Origin: an uncultured bacterium
GTDB taxonomy: Bacteria > Chloroflexota > UBA5177 > JANWHV01
Reading direction: 5' to 3'
Assembly (NCBI GenBank): GCA_963729625.1
Contig: CAVSOU010000010.1
Coordinates: 672,001 to 736,000, forward strand
DNA: 64,000 nucleotides
The notes under the pieces were generated by a model. That model was not told where the DNA came from, searched no databases, and saw nothing but the letters and a program-made list of their open reading frames with translations. The position numbers and the translations under genes were made by a program. The stretch's first letter is position 1. The number at the start of each line of letters is the position of its first letter. Of this stretch, positions 50,490-60,905 are shown piece by piece.

Positions 50490-51569
50490 TTGGAGTGGAG
50501 GGTCACATCACAGATCCCAATGCCTGAACGCCGTGACTATCCGATCGCAATAGTCGGCGCAGGCGGCATTGTCTATGACGCCCACATGCCCGCGTACCTG
50601 AAGGCGGGGTACAAGGTCGTCGGCATCTTTGACATCGACATGGAGCGCGCGCGTCGAGTGGCCGCGCAGTTCGACATTCCCACCGTCTATCCAAGCCTGG
50701 ACGATCTGCTCTCCGGCCCGTGCCGAATCGTCGACAGCGCGGTACCGCCTGGTGCGAACCTGGATGTCGTCGCGCGCGTGGCTGCGGCCGGCAAGGCCGT
50801 ACTCATTCAGAAACCGCTCGCGGAGGACCTCCGTACCGCTCGCGAGATCGTGGCCAAGGTCGACGAGGCTGGGGTCGTCGCTGCCGTAAACCAACAGGCT
50901 CGCTGGATGCCTGCCGCCATGGCCGCGAAGGATCTTATTCGTCGCGGCCTCCTTGGCGACGTGTACCAAGTGTCTTTCCTGAACAATGTCTTGACACCGT
51001 GGGATCTCTGGCCGTGGATGATGGCCCGTCCGCAGTTTGAGATCATGTACCACGCTATCCACTACCTTGACATGATCCGATCTCTGGTCGGCGTGGAGCC
51101 CAACCTCGTCTTCGCGGACGGTTCTACTTTGCCCGACTACCCAGCCGAGGGAGAGACGCGAACAGTCATCCATCTGATCTTCGATGGCCAGCTCCGCGCC
51201 ACGATTACGGATAACCATCACAATATCGGCGGGCTGCAAGACCAGTACGCGACCGTTCGCGTGGAAGGCACAGAGGGTACGGCCGTCGCCGAGATCGGGC
51301 TCAGCAAGAACTATCCCGTGGGCACGCCCGACAGTTTCCGTTACTCCAGCAGGAAACTGGAGCCAGGAACGTGGATCGCTCCACGACTTGAAGGCACGTG
51401 GTTTCCTGACGCGTTCGTTGGCACCATGGCCAGCGTTATGCGCGGCCTTGAAGGGGCGCCAGGCGCTCCCGAAACCTCGGTTCAGGACAATTTAGGCACC
51501 CTCAGGCTCGTCTTCGCCGCCTATGAGTCGATGAGCCAGCGGCAGCTCATCGATCCGGGGTCACTCTAG
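50490..51569 (+). CDS. Gfo/Idh/MocA oxidoreductase
   Basis: IVGAGGIV..AH.PAY, QKPLA, NQQARW and HAIHYLD motifs. Confidence 0.92.
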   Translation: MEWRVTSQIPMPERRDYPIAIVGAGGIVYDAHMPAYLKAGYKVVGIFDIDMERARRVAAQFDIPTVYPSLDDLLSGPCRIVDSAVPPGANLDVVARVAAAGKAVLIQKPLAEDLRTAREIVAKVDEAGVVAAVNQQARWMPAAMAAKDLIRRGLLGDVYQVSFLNNVLTPWDLWPWMMARPQFEIMYHAIHYLDMIRSLVGVEPNLVFADGSTLPDYPAEGETRTVIHLIFDGQLRATITDNHHNIGGLQDQYATVRVEGTEGTAVAEIGLSKNYPVGTPDSFRYSSRKLEPGTWIAPRLEGTWFPDAFVGTMASVMRGLEGAPGAPETSVQDNLGTLRLVFAAYESMSQRQLIDPGSL

Positions 51570-51796
51570 CGGGTCATGCTGCAATTGCATGCGATGGTTC
51601 AACGCAGTCGCCAGAGTCAGCCAGACGACGCTGGCGACGGCGTTCGCGGGCGCGCAGCCGTCGCTCGTAGCGCTTGCCGCTCCAGACGAACAGCGTGGGT
51701 GCACGTTCCAGCCCGCGACCGCGTCCACCGCCTACGGTGCCCGGCAAGCTGCCTTCGACCTGCGTAGGTTGCTGGCCAAATGACTTATGGACTGTC

Positions 51797-53011
51797 TCAC
51801 TTTCCGATACTGCAGTCCTCCGATGGGGTGAAACCTGAGTCGCCCACTAGCTTGAGCGTCAGCCGCTGCACCGTGAAGTTGTAATCGTCCCAGGAACCCG
51901 CAGATACCATAAACAGAGTCCGACCGTCGTCCATCATCCACTTGGTCGGGAAGTTGGGCTGATAATCACCGTACGTGCCCCAATTGTCGTCCTGATGAAA
52001 CAGCGACCATGGCCCCCACGGTTCTGGCGCTTCATACAACGTCAGTTGGCTGCGATCGGTCGATTCCGGCCATGTTCCCTGATGGTAGGGTCGCGGCCGC
52101 AGTTCGGCGTCGACAAAACTGTAGTTGCCTAGCAAGTAGCGGTCAATGTGCTTGTCATAGCAGACGTGGTCTTCTCCAGTCATCTTGTCGTGGCGGAATA
52201 CTGGCTGCGCCCCCGCCTCGTCCCTAGTCCACAGTGGCCGGCCGATAGAATCTTGGCTCGTGTAGAACTCCCACGCGGCTCTGACGAGGATCTGCTCTTT
52301 CGGCACACGTCCCAGCAGCATATAGTCGCCGTTCGTCCAATAGCTGTACCCCCCGTCGGCAGCCGGGAAGTAGGCATAGACGAACTCGTCGCGTGCCTCG
52401 GCATAGCCCCTGCCGTACTGCAGAAAATGACAGGAGGCCAGGCGGCCGGTGAAAAAGGATTGCGGCGTTGCTTCCCGGTTCCAAGTTTTCCCGTAGTTGG
52501 TCGTCGTGATGATCCAGCCCTGGATATTGGTCTGGCGGTTGAAGGTCGGGTCGGTGCCATAGTTCTGAGTCTCGACGGCAAAGTAGAGCGTTCCGTCGAT
52601 ATCCAGGAGGCCGGCGGGCTTCAGGCCCATGTGCCGATCAACACGCGGATCGGTGCAATACACACCGGGGTCGAGAGGCAAATTGTCAATTTCATCTGTG
52701 ACCCAGCGATTCTGGTAATTCAGGGCGTCTGCCTGCATGGCTCCGCTAGGGTTCCAATGGTCCTTGGGCTGGCTGACTCGCCAGAAGTTCATCGGGCTGC
52801 TGCGGTTGTCGCCAGCAGCCGCGTAGATGTTGTCGTCGGCTCCCCAGGTCAGCGGCCACATATCGCCTTCGCCGGTGTGATAACGATGGCGGTCGAAGAC
52901 AACGTCGGTGATGTATGTCGATCGCGGGTAAGGTGGTACGGCCTTCCCATAGTCGATATAGTCCGCCCTTGCCCCGCTCCCGCTCACGAACATGACGTAT
53001 TCCATGCGCAT
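51797..53011 (-). CDS. DUF4185-like beta-propeller protein (possible GH183-related)
   Basis: GDMWPLTWGADDNIYAAAGD, L.RVP, WEFY and YEAPEPWGPW motifs. Confidence 0.6.
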   Translation of the reverse strand: MRMEYVMFVSGSGARADYIDYGKAVPPYPRSTYITDVVFDRHRYHTGEGDMWPLTWGADDNIYAAAGDNRSSPMNFWRVSQPKDHWNPSGAMQADALNYQNRWVTDEIDNLPLDPGVYCTDPRVDRHMGLKPAGLLDIDGTLYFAVETQNYGTDPTFNRQTNIQGWIITTTNYGKTWNREATPQSFFTGRLASCHFLQYGRGYAEARDEFVYAYFPAADGGYSYWTNGDYMLLGRVPKEQILVRAAWEFYTSQDSIGRPLWTRDEAGAQPVFRHDKMTGEDHVCYDKHIDRYLLGNYSFVDAELRPRPYHQGTWPESTDRSQLTLYEAPEPWGPWSLFHQDDNWGTYGDYQPNFPTKWMMDDGRTLFMVSAGSWDDYNFTVQRLTLKLVGDSGFTPSEDCSIGK

Positions 53012-53421
53012 TGCTCCATCCCACTACGAGGGAAAGTACGAAAAGCCGCAACCGATCGCGTCGTCACGACGCTCAACCGGTCGAACCGGCGCCTCAAGTG
53101 TACTCGGTGGACGCCAAGGTCAGAATGAGCCCGCGAACCTGAGTCGGATGCCCCACCGCGAGCGCCAGATCGATTACCAGCCTCATGTAGGCCAGCGGCC
53201 CAGCCTGTTGAAAAGCGTTCACCGTCCAGCCTGCTTGATCCTTATGCCGACGGGCTCCATTCTGGGGCGTACCGGTGTTGGGGGGCGACAGGCATCTTCA
53301 CGCTCGAGCAGCACGCCATCACCCTTGTCGACTGGGATGGGGCGCACGTGCCCTCCTGCCACTTGCCTTGGTCCGGCATCACCGTCGCTGCCGCCGCCTA
53401 ACCCCAAATGTCCAATCTTCC

Positions 53422-54285
53422 CTATTTGCCGAACAGCGCAGCGAGGGAAGCGCCCGAAGATAGAATAGTGCCGGAAGCCAGGTTCGGCACGAGCTCGCGA
53501 CCGTTCCAGCGTCGCATGCGATAGAGCGTGGCGAAGTTGAACGTGGGGACTGCCATGCCGAAGCCTCCGATCAGCTCGCCGCCCCGCCGCACGTTGTCGG
53601 ACATCCAGGCCGGCAGCAGCACATGATACGGGTTGCGGCCTACCTCGCCCACGTGAAAACTGAGGGCCGCCACAAGGTCTGCCAGGTCCGCGGAGCTTGC
53701 TTGCACCATGAGATTCGGATCGGCCATGGCGCCCCAGAACTCCGACTCTACCACCGGGCCTTGCATGCCGTCGCCAACGAGAGAGAGGGCGTCCATGACC
53801 GCGAAATGCGTGCCGATGTGCGTCGGATTGCTGTCACCAGCGTGAGGCATGAAGATGGCGCGCGGTTGGCGATCTCGAATGATCGTGGCAATGACCTCGA
53901 CACACTCGGCCCATGCCGAAGGATTCGACGCTCGAGTCTTGAGATTCACTCCGGTGAGGCCGCCCTCCTTGGTGGTAATCAGCTCGAACCCAAGGAAGCC
54001 CGTGGCGTCGCGAAGCTCTTGCAGACGCGCCGACTGGCGCTCCACTTTGCTGCCCTGTGTGACAGCCACGACGGCGATGTTGTACGCAAGCTCTCGCCGG
54101 ATTCTCAAAGGTAGGGCTCCGATGATGCACTCGTCATCTGGGTGGGGAGCGAACACCAGCACAGTGGGGGCGTCGCCGGAGACACGCGGCTGCGCCAGCG
54201 GCAACAGCCCGCCAAGTGGAATCGCCCGTGCCTCGTCCAGGAGACGCGATATCTGTTCTACGTAGGCGCAATATGCATGGGTCAC
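53422..54285 (-). CDS. PIG-L family deacetylase
   Basis: FAPHPDDE; P...D.NPTH; GTG start overlaps the ROK stop. Confidence 0.9.
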   Translation of the reverse strand: MTHAYCAYVEQISRLLDEARAIPLGGLLPLAQPRVSGDAPTVLVFAPHPDDECIIGALPLRIRRELAYNIAVVAVTQGSKVERQSARLQELRDATGFLGFELITTKEGGLTGVNLKTRASNPSAWAECVEVIATIIRDRQPRAIFMPHAGDSNPTHIGTHFAVMDALSLVGDGMQGPVVESEFWGAMADPNLMVQASSADLADLVAALSFHVGEVGRNPYHVLLPAWMSDNVRRGGELIGGFGMAVPTFNFATLYRMRRWNGRELVPNLASGTILSSGASLAALFGK

Positions 54286-55715
54286 GGCGCGACTCCTTTC
54301 AACGTTTGCGGCAGACTGGCAGCAGCTACGGCCTGGCCGACTCGGCGGCTCTTTTCGTCGGGGAGGAACATTGAGATGCGCTGGGCCAGCTCTGGAAACC
54401 CCGCCGCGAAGATCGCGCGGGCCGTCGAAAGGATTAGCTCGCCTCCAGCGCCTGAAGTGACGCGGCCGAGGATCATGGCGTGCTCCAGCCCGTAAAACAC
54501 GTCGTACCATGGGATAGTGTAACCGAGGTACACGCCGATCGATGCAAAGATGTCCTGAGCGTTCTTGTCGCCTCTCGACATGCCCTCCTGCACGACTTTC
54601 AGCCGGTCGGGGAGCTGCATGTCGCCTGGAAACGTCATGCCAGCGGACGCGGCCAGCCTGTCGACGGCTTGCTGGGAGAAATAGGCAGCCCCAACTCCCG
54701 GATTGCCGGACCAATCGTCCGCCCCGCCCTCGGGGTTCGCATCCACCGGGGCGAAGGCAAGCTCGTTCAGCCAGCCGGTAATATGGCCCGAGCGATCGAG
54801 ATAACCCACGGCCTCGCTGGATCCAAGTGCTATGCCCAGGATGCCGGTCTGGTCGAGCGATAGGCCGCCGGCCAGCGCCGTCACGTCGCCGTCGTTAATC
54901 ACTTCAAGTGGCACGCCCCATTCCTGCCGCAGACGAAGAAAGATTGGGCGAGCCTTCGCCTCGAATACGTCGCGCGGAACGGCGCGGAACAGCGACGCCA
55001 CCATGACCTGATTATCGATCATGATGCCGGCCGATGATCCGCCAATCGCATCCACGCGCGGCATGTGTGAGGCAGCAATTCTTAGTCCATCATTTATCCG
55101 CTCGTAGTGATAGTCGGGATCCGGTTCCACCTTTGGATTCCACGGAATTTCGGTGCTGAAGATCACTTCGCCGTCCTTTACGGCGGCAACTTTGTAGTCA
55201 CTGGCGCCGAGATCGAACCCGATGCGAAATCCGTCAAGATGGCCGCCAAGCGCTAGAGGCTTCTTGCACGGTTGGGGCACACTGGCGGCGTCAGTGGTCA
55301 ACACCTGGAAATCCCGACCGAACGCCTGGCCCATGATCTCCGTCTCGAATCGTCCGCGTCCGTCGGTGGTATACTGGGCGGCCACAGCCTTGCACAGCGC
55401 ATCGGGCCCGCCGAGCGTGGCTCGCCGGCCTCCGGCGACCCACAGGAGGCCGTTGAGGATGTACGTGACGTAGCGCACGTTGTCCGCGTCTCGGCCGGAT
55501 CCAGGAGGAAACACCGCGACGTCAAGTCTCGAGATACTCTCAGGGCTCTGTTCAAGCGCGATGCTCACACGTTCCGACGCGCCGCATTCGGCCAACGCAG
55601 CACGATAGTTGCGTACTCCGAGAGATAGTGGCCGGTAGCCGGGATCGAGCCTCAGTGGCGTGCTGAGCCTGACATCAAAGAGGCTGCCGGAGAACGCGGA
55701 ATCCTGTGGTATCAC
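54282..55715 (-). CDS. Long ROK-family kinase with N-terminal extension
   Basis: IGFDLGASD.K, INDGDVTAL, GIALGSSEA.GY and NELAF motifs. Confidence 0.85.
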   Translation of the reverse strand: MIPQDSAFSGSLFDVRLSTPLRLDPGYRPLSLGVRNYRAALAECGASERVSIALEQSPESISRLDVAVFPPGSGRDADNVRYVTYILNGLLWVAGGRRATLGGPDALCKAVAAQYTTDGRGRFETEIMGQAFGRDFQVLTTDAASVPQPCKKPLALGGHLDGFRIGFDLGASDYKVAAVKDGEVIFSTEIPWNPKVEPDPDYHYERINDGLRIAASHMPRVDAIGGSSAGIMIDNQVMVASLFRAVPRDVFEAKARPIFLRLRQEWGVPLEVINDGDVTALAGGLSLDQTGILGIALGSSEAVGYLDRSGHITGWLNELAFAPVDANPEGGADDWSGNPGVGAAYFSQQAVDRLAASAGMTFPGDMQLPDRLKVVQEGMSRGDKNAQDIFASIGVYLGYTIPWYDVFYGLEHAMILGRVTSGAGGELILSTARAIFAAGFPELAQRISMFLPDEKSRRVGQAVAAASLPQTLKGVAP

Positions 55716-55940
55716 TTATGCCTCCATCCGGTCAAAACGCTCCGCTTCGCGATGCAGCGCCCGAATGGGCGGTAGTGCAGACAAAATGGTCTTGACGATG
55801 TTATGAAGAAACGCGGTCACTTGTAAAGTGTGTGTACGGTCGAGACCCATGAGAACCGAGATGGACAGCGCGGAGTTCGCGTACTCCGCGCGTGCGTCAG
55901 CTGCCAGCGGCAAGCCAGCCAGTGTGTTCGCAAATCATGT

Positions 55941-55970
55941 TTGACGACGGGTTGCGGGCCTCGCTACACT
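55941..55970 (+). promoter_or_regulatory. Sigma70-type promoter of tRNA-Leu
   Basis: TTGACG, 18-nt spacer, TACACT. Confidence 0.6.
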
Positions 55971-55990
55971 GTGCGCACGGACATCCAGCG

Positions 55991-56072
55991 GCCGGCGTGG
56001 CGGAATGGCAGACGCAAGCGACTTAAAATCGCTCGGGCAACCGTGTGGGTTCGACTCCCACCGCCGGCACCA
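55991..56072 (+). tRNA. tRNA-Leu(TAA)
   Basis: GCCGGCG/CGCCGGC acceptor stem, anticodon loop CTTAAAA, variable arm, GGTTCGACTCC, CCA. Confidence 0.96.
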
Positions 56073-56329
56073 GAGAAGATGACACATTTACGCGCCGGAT
56101 CGCTGGCTTCCAGGAGGATTCCGTCTCACGAATATCTCACGGAAGCAGGCGCGACCGGCATTCGGTGTGGCTGCCACTGCACTAGAGTCCATGAGCGAGC
56201 TATGGTCGCTCAGGTGACTTGAATTCAGGGACGATGTGCGAGGCTGAACTACAGACACGCTGACTTCAATCAGCATCCACAGCCTGTCTAGGCAACCACT
56301 TTGCTGCTCGTCGTCGACGCGATACCGAC

Positions 56330-57769
56330 CTATGTCAAGGCGAGCGCGTTGCAGACGAGCTTCCCGAGCGTCTTGAGACCGTTCTCGATGCGCGGCTGCC
56401 AGGTATGGCCGCAACTCAGCCGGAGACAGTTGGCGTAGCGATTGCCGGCGGAAAACACGTCACCAGGGGCAAAGCAGATGCCGTGGTCGAGCGCAAGGTC
56501 GGACAGCTCGCGGCTTTTGAGCGAGCCAGGCAACTCCAGCCAGAGCACGAACCCGCCCGCTGGTCGCGAGACGCAGGTACCGGGTGGAAAGGTCTGCTCG
56601 ATGGTCCGTTGCATGTGATCGATATTGCTCGCGAAGGTACGCCTGATGCGGCGGAGATGGCTGTCATAGCCACCCGACGCAAGGAACTCAGCGAGAGCGA
56701 GCTGGGGCAAGGCCGGACCACAGAGCGTCAAAGCCACCTTCTGCTCCAGCACGCGCTGCATGTGGCGACCCGCGGCGATCCAGCCAATCCGGTAGCCGGG
56801 CGCCACGGTCTTGGAAAACGAGCTGCAGTAGAGGACATTGCTCCGAGGAGCCAGGGCCATGAACGGCTTTGGTCGCTCGGAGCCGAAGTAGATCTCGCCG
56901 TAGATGTCGTCTTCGATCAGCGGTATGTCGTGCGTGGCGAGCAGGTCAAGCACTGCAGTCTTCTTCGCATCAAGCATGGTATAGCCCAGCGGATTGCTGA
57001 AGCAGGACGACAGGAGGCAGGCCTGTACCGCGTTGCGCGCGAGCGCCTGCTGCAACGCGTCCAGCTCGATGCCACTCGTCGCATCCGTTGGCAGCTCGAG
57101 TGCCTGCAAGTCCAGCGCTTCGAGGATATGCAGGAGCCCGAAGTAGGTGGGTGACTCGATGGCCACGGTATCGCCCGGCCGCGTCACGGCTTTCAAGGCC
57201 ACCGTCAGGGCCTCGGTGCAGCCGCACGTGATGACAATGTCCTCGGGGGCGAGCGCCTGTCCCCAGCGCAACGTACGGCGGGCAAGCTCCTGACGCAACA
57301 TCGGATCGCCTTGGGCGGCGGTGTAGACGTTGTAGTCCAGTCCGTTCACGCGCGCGGCCCGTGCCAGGAAGCGGTCGAGGCGACTCGCTGCGAGCAACTC
57401 GGTGCTGGGGATAGCGCAGCCCAGCGGCACGAGTCGGGGATCGGCAGCGTAGTTCAGCAGCTGCAACACCGCGCTGGACACCGATACGCCGGTGGCGTGC
57501 CCTGGTGGCCGGGATACCGTGGGCGCGTGCAGCGAGACCCGAGGCTGTGCGGCGACGTAGTAGCCAGACTGCGGTCGCGCCTCGAGAATGCCCTGATCCT
57601 CCAAGACACGATACGCCTGCATTGCCGTGGAAAGGCTCATCGCCCGCTGCCGGCTGATCTGGCGGAGCGAGGGTGCCCGTGATCCCGGTGGTAGGATGCC
57701 CTGGTGTACCAGACCAGTGATAAAGTGCACAACCTCTTCGTACCGGTAGAGGGTGTCGGCCTGCACCAC
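56330..57769 (-). CDS. MocR-family (GntR-PLP aminotransferase) regulator
   Basis: wHTH PSLRQ..AY..LE..G..EARPQSGYYV; IEDDIY; SFSKTVAPG.RIGW. The upstream part of the 798-aa ORF is a shadow of the next gene. Confidence 0.93.
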   Translation of the reverse strand: MVQADTLYRYEEVVHFITGLVHQGILPPGSRAPSLRQISRQRAMSLSTAMQAYRVLEDQGILEARPQSGYYVAAQPRVSLHAPTVSRPPGHATGVSVSSAVLQLLNYAADPRLVPLGCAIPSTELLAASRLDRFLARAARVNGLDYNVYTAAQGDPMLRQELARRTLRWGQALAPEDIVITCGCTEALTVALKAVTRPGDTVAIESPTYFGLLHILEALDLQALELPTDATSGIELDALQQALARNAVQACLLSSCFSNPLGYTMLDAKKTAVLDLLATHDIPLIEDDIYGEIYFGSERPKPFMALAPRSNVLYCSSFSKTVAPGYRIGWIAAGRHMQRVLEQKVALTLCGPALPQLALAEFLASGGYDSHLRRIRRTFASNIDHMQRTIEQTFPPGTCVSRPAGGFVLWLELPGSLKSRELSDLALDHGICFAPGDVFSAGNRYANCLRLSCGHTWQPRIENGLKTLGKLVCNALALT

Positions 57770-57830
57770 GCGTGTTCCTTCTTTCGGCGCGCCGGCGGCA
57801 GCGCATCGTCGCCTGGCACAGGTCAGAAAC

Positions 57831-57868
57831 TGTTCTGGATACAATACATGGTTTCTGTATCTGTTATT
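57831..57868. promoter_or_regulatory. Candidate MocR operator in the divergent promoter
   Basis: AT-rich ACTGTTCTGGATACA...CTGTATCTGT repeats between the divergent genes. Confidence 0.45.
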
Positions 57869-58039
57869 GTAGCGTGCGCGGCGATAGCATCGTGGAAGTG
57901 ATGCAGCCGTCGGCCGGGTGCGGTGGCGAGTATCGCGCACGCGTTGAACTACGTGCACCGCACCCGGCCGACGGCGCCGAACGACGCTGTGAGTGATGAC
58001 AACATCGGGCGACTTACACGCACGTGAAAGGTGAGACGA

Positions 58040-59236
58040 ATGACAGTGCTTGAAGACAGGGTCGTCGCGGCAGCGCAGCATGGCCCCGTGTTGACTCACC
58101 CGGAGTGGCGAGGCCGTTTTCCCTACAACGCGATCATTTCCCTGCTCGACGTGAATCGACCATTCAATCTTGCGGAGAGCACATCGCAGGACCTGACGGT
58201 CGGAGACGTGCTGGACCTGGCCGGGCTCGAGTCTCTGCGCGGATTGAAGCTCGGCTACGGTCGGTCTGCCGGTGCGGTCGAGCTGCGCGAGGAGATCGCC
58301 AAGGCCTGCAACGTGCCTGCCGAGCAGATCATCACGACCCAGGGTACGGCCTTGGGACTCTTCCTTCTGGCCTTCGAGGTTTGCCGACCTGGTGATGAGG
58401 CAATCCTCGTGATACCGTGCTTTCCGCCGAGCCGCGACAGCCTTCTTGGCGCAGGTGTCAACGTCCGCGAGATCAGGTTGACATTCGAGAACGACTACCA
58501 GTTGGATGTGGACGAACTCGCGACCAGCCTTTCGCCGAAGACCAAGCTCGTCAGTCTCGCTTCGCCCCAGAACCCCAGCGGGGTCCGGACGTCGCGCGCC
58601 ATCGTCGACAAGGTTCTCGAGTTGCTGGAGAGTCGCGCGCCGCAAGCCATCCTCTTCATCGACGAGACCTATCGCGAGGCCACTTACGGCAATGAAGCTG
58701 CGCCAGATAGTTTTGCCGGACTGCATCCGCGCATCGTCACCGGTGCTTCTGTGTCGAAGGCGCTTGGCGCGCCTGGCCTGCGCACGGGCTGGCTCACTAG
58801 CGCAGATGCGGACCTCAGGTCGCGCCTAGTCGTCGCCAAGATGAATACCGTGATCTCCGGTTCGGTGCTCGACGAGGCGCTGGCCACCGCACTGTTGCGC
58901 AATCGCGATAGCGTGCTCGCGCCACGCCGCCTGCTGCTCGCCGAAGGTCTCGTGAAACTAGCCGCCTGGTGCGAGGCTGAACGCACACGCATTGAATGGA
59001 TCCGCCCGCAGGGTGGTGCCCTCTGCTGCCTGCGCCTTCGCGCTGACACGTTCGACAACGCAGCCGTCTTGCGGTTCTGGGACTTGTTGCCCCAACACGA
59101 ACTGCAACTAGCTTCTGGGGCGTGGTTCGGAGAGAGCGACCGCGTCTTTCGGCTGGGCTTCGGGTACCTGCCGCCCGAGCGCCTGGGCCCCGCGCTGGCC
59201 GCCCTTTCGACGGTGCTGGACGCCGCTGCTCCGTGA
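58040..59236 (+). CDS. Class I/II PLP-dependent aminotransferase
   Basis: SPQNPSG, IDETY and SVSKALGAPGLRTGW motifs. Confidence 0.92.
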   Translation: MTVLEDRVVAAAQHGPVLTHPEWRGRFPYNAIISLLDVNRPFNLAESTSQDLTVGDVLDLAGLESLRGLKLGYGRSAGAVELREEIAKACNVPAEQIITTQGTALGLFLLAFEVCRPGDEAILVIPCFPPSRDSLLGAGVNVREIRLTFENDYQLDVDELATSLSPKTKLVSLASPQNPSGVRTSRAIVDKVLELLESRAPQAILFIDETYREATYGNEAAPDSFAGLHPRIVTGASVSKALGAPGLRTGWLTSADADLRSRLVVAKMNTVISGSVLDEALATALLRNRDSVLAPRRLLLAEGLVKLAAWCEAERTRIEWIRPQGGALCCLRLRADTFDNAAVLRFWDLLPQHELQLASGAWFGESDRVFRLGFGYLPPERLGPALAALSTVLDAAAP

Positions 59237-59305
59237 TGGCCAGCCGACGTACAACCACGCACATGATGGTCCGATCCTTCACCCTGAAACCGGTCGAGTG
59301 CACAC

Positions 59306-59562
59306 ATGAACGTACGAATTGCCTACATCGAAGAGCCGCCTTACTACTGGACCGCCGAAGAACCCCTGTCGGAGGCTTCTCATTCGATAGGGGCAATCAC
59401 GGCCTCCTGCGTGCCGTGAATGAGCAACTGCACGGGTATCTCGGTTCGGCAGACCACCGCGCCCGGGTGGCGAAGTACGGCATCACGCAGACAGAAATCG
59501 ACAGCGTGCTACCCGCCAACGGTGCGGCGTATGGCGGGCGTGCCCGACGGAGAGCAAGATGA
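59306..59562 (+). pseudogene. Amino-acid ABC substrate-binding protein remnant (frameshift and internal deletion)
   Basis: MNVRIAYIEEPP N-terminus joined to a C-terminal ..GFSF....LL.AVNEQL..YLGS..H....AKYG segment. Confidence 0.6.
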
Positions 59563-60440
59563 AGAATTCCTATGACTACAAAGTAGTGGACGTTTTCACG
59601 AGTCGACCGCTGGCAGGCAACCCGGTGGCGGTCGTATTCGACGCGGGCCGCCTGGAAACCGACGATATGCAGGCCATCGCGCGCTGGACCAACCTCTCTG
59701 AGACCACTTTCGTCCTGCCGCAAACGACGACCGCGGCGGACTACCGCCTCAGAATCTTCACGCCGCGCAGCGAACTACCCTTTGCCGGGCATCCGACGCT
59801 GGGCAGTGCGCATGCCATCCTGGAAGCGGGACGGGCCGTGCTGCGCGAAGGCGGCCGGTTGGTCCAACAATGCGGCATCGGCCTCGTTGACGTAACGATC
59901 GAGGACGGCGCCGACGGCCGCCTGCTAGCATTTGCCTTGCCGTCCGCTCGTATCGCGCCGCTGCCAGCTGCCGACGTTGCGGAACTGGCGCTCATCTTGG
60001 GATGCAAGCTGAACCCTGAGGCCGCCCCGGCCCTCGTGAACGTGGGGCCTATCTGGGTGGTTCTACCGATGACTGACGCGGCCGCCGTGCTCGATCTGAA
60101 GCCTGACTTCACGAAGCTGGCGGCGTTCGAGCGCCGTCTTGGCGTTACGGGTCTCACGGTCTATGGCCGCTACCAACAAGGGGAGTTGGCCATTGAAGTC
60201 CGCAGCTTCGCACCGTCGTGCGGGGTCGAGGAGGACCCCGTTTGCGGAAGCGGCAATGCCAGCGTGGCGGCCTTCCAGTGGGAGCGGGGCCTGCTGCCGG
60301 CGGGTGGCGTGGCCTACGTGGCCGCGCAAGGACGCCGCGTTGGGCGGGACGGGCGCGTGAAGGTGCGGATCGGTGCCGACGGCCGCGTTCACGTAGGCGG
60401 TTCGTGCATCACCTGCGTAGATGGTCTGCTTACTCTTTAG
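59559..60440 (+). CDS. PhzF-family isomerase/epimerase
   Basis: VDVFT..PL.GNP, NLSETTF, ELPFAGHPTLG and EDPVCGSG motifs. Confidence 0.94.
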   Translation: MKNSYDYKVVDVFTSRPLAGNPVAVVFDAGRLETDDMQAIARWTNLSETTFVLPQTTTAADYRLRIFTPRSELPFAGHPTLGSAHAILEAGRAVLREGGRLVQQCGIGLVDVTIEDGADGRLLAFALPSARIAPLPAADVAELALILGCKLNPEAAPALVNVGPIWVVLPMTDAAAVLDLKPDFTKLAAFERRLGVTGLTVYGRYQQGELAIEVRSFAPSCGVEEDPVCGSGNASVAAFQWERGLLPAGGVAYVAAQGRRVGRDGRVKVRIGADGRVHVGGSCITCVDGLLTL

Positions 60441-60905
60441 GACCGAGTCCCCTGCCGTTCTAGATGAACACGACCGAATTTCCAACCCAGCTCCCGACAG
60501 ACTCCGCGTGCGGCCGCATCTCGGTGACCAATCCCTTTGATGGCGTCGAGGTCGGCGCTGTCTCCCTCATGCCGCCCCAGAACGCGCAGGCGATTCTGCG
60601 AGTCGCGAGTGACGGTGCGCACTCACCTGTTGCCACGGATTTGGAGAGCCCCGAGCCTTCGCGAGCATACACGTGCAGTACGATCCGTGAGGTGCTTGGC
60701 CAGGTGGGAGGTGTTGGGAGGAAATAGTGGAGCCAAGAGCCCTTCTTCATCGGCCCCCACAAGAGGCCGCAGTTGTTGGCATCTGGTGTGAAAGACTCGC
60801 ACAGGGGTCCTCCACGCAAAGGAGTGTCGGTTCGTAGCCGGAGCTGACTGCAAAGAAGCCAGCTCGGCACTTGATCTCGGTCAGGTCGCCGAGATCAAGT
60901 ACCGT

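Noticed and set aside
53012-53421. Possible gene fragment (LALAVGHPTQVRGLILT, hydrolase-like) in the gap
   Set aside because: Too short to support by eye
57770-58726. N-terminal 318 aa of the 798-aa ORF as a novel MocR fusion
   Set aside because: It is antisense to the aminotransferase; the RBS and HTH begin at 57769
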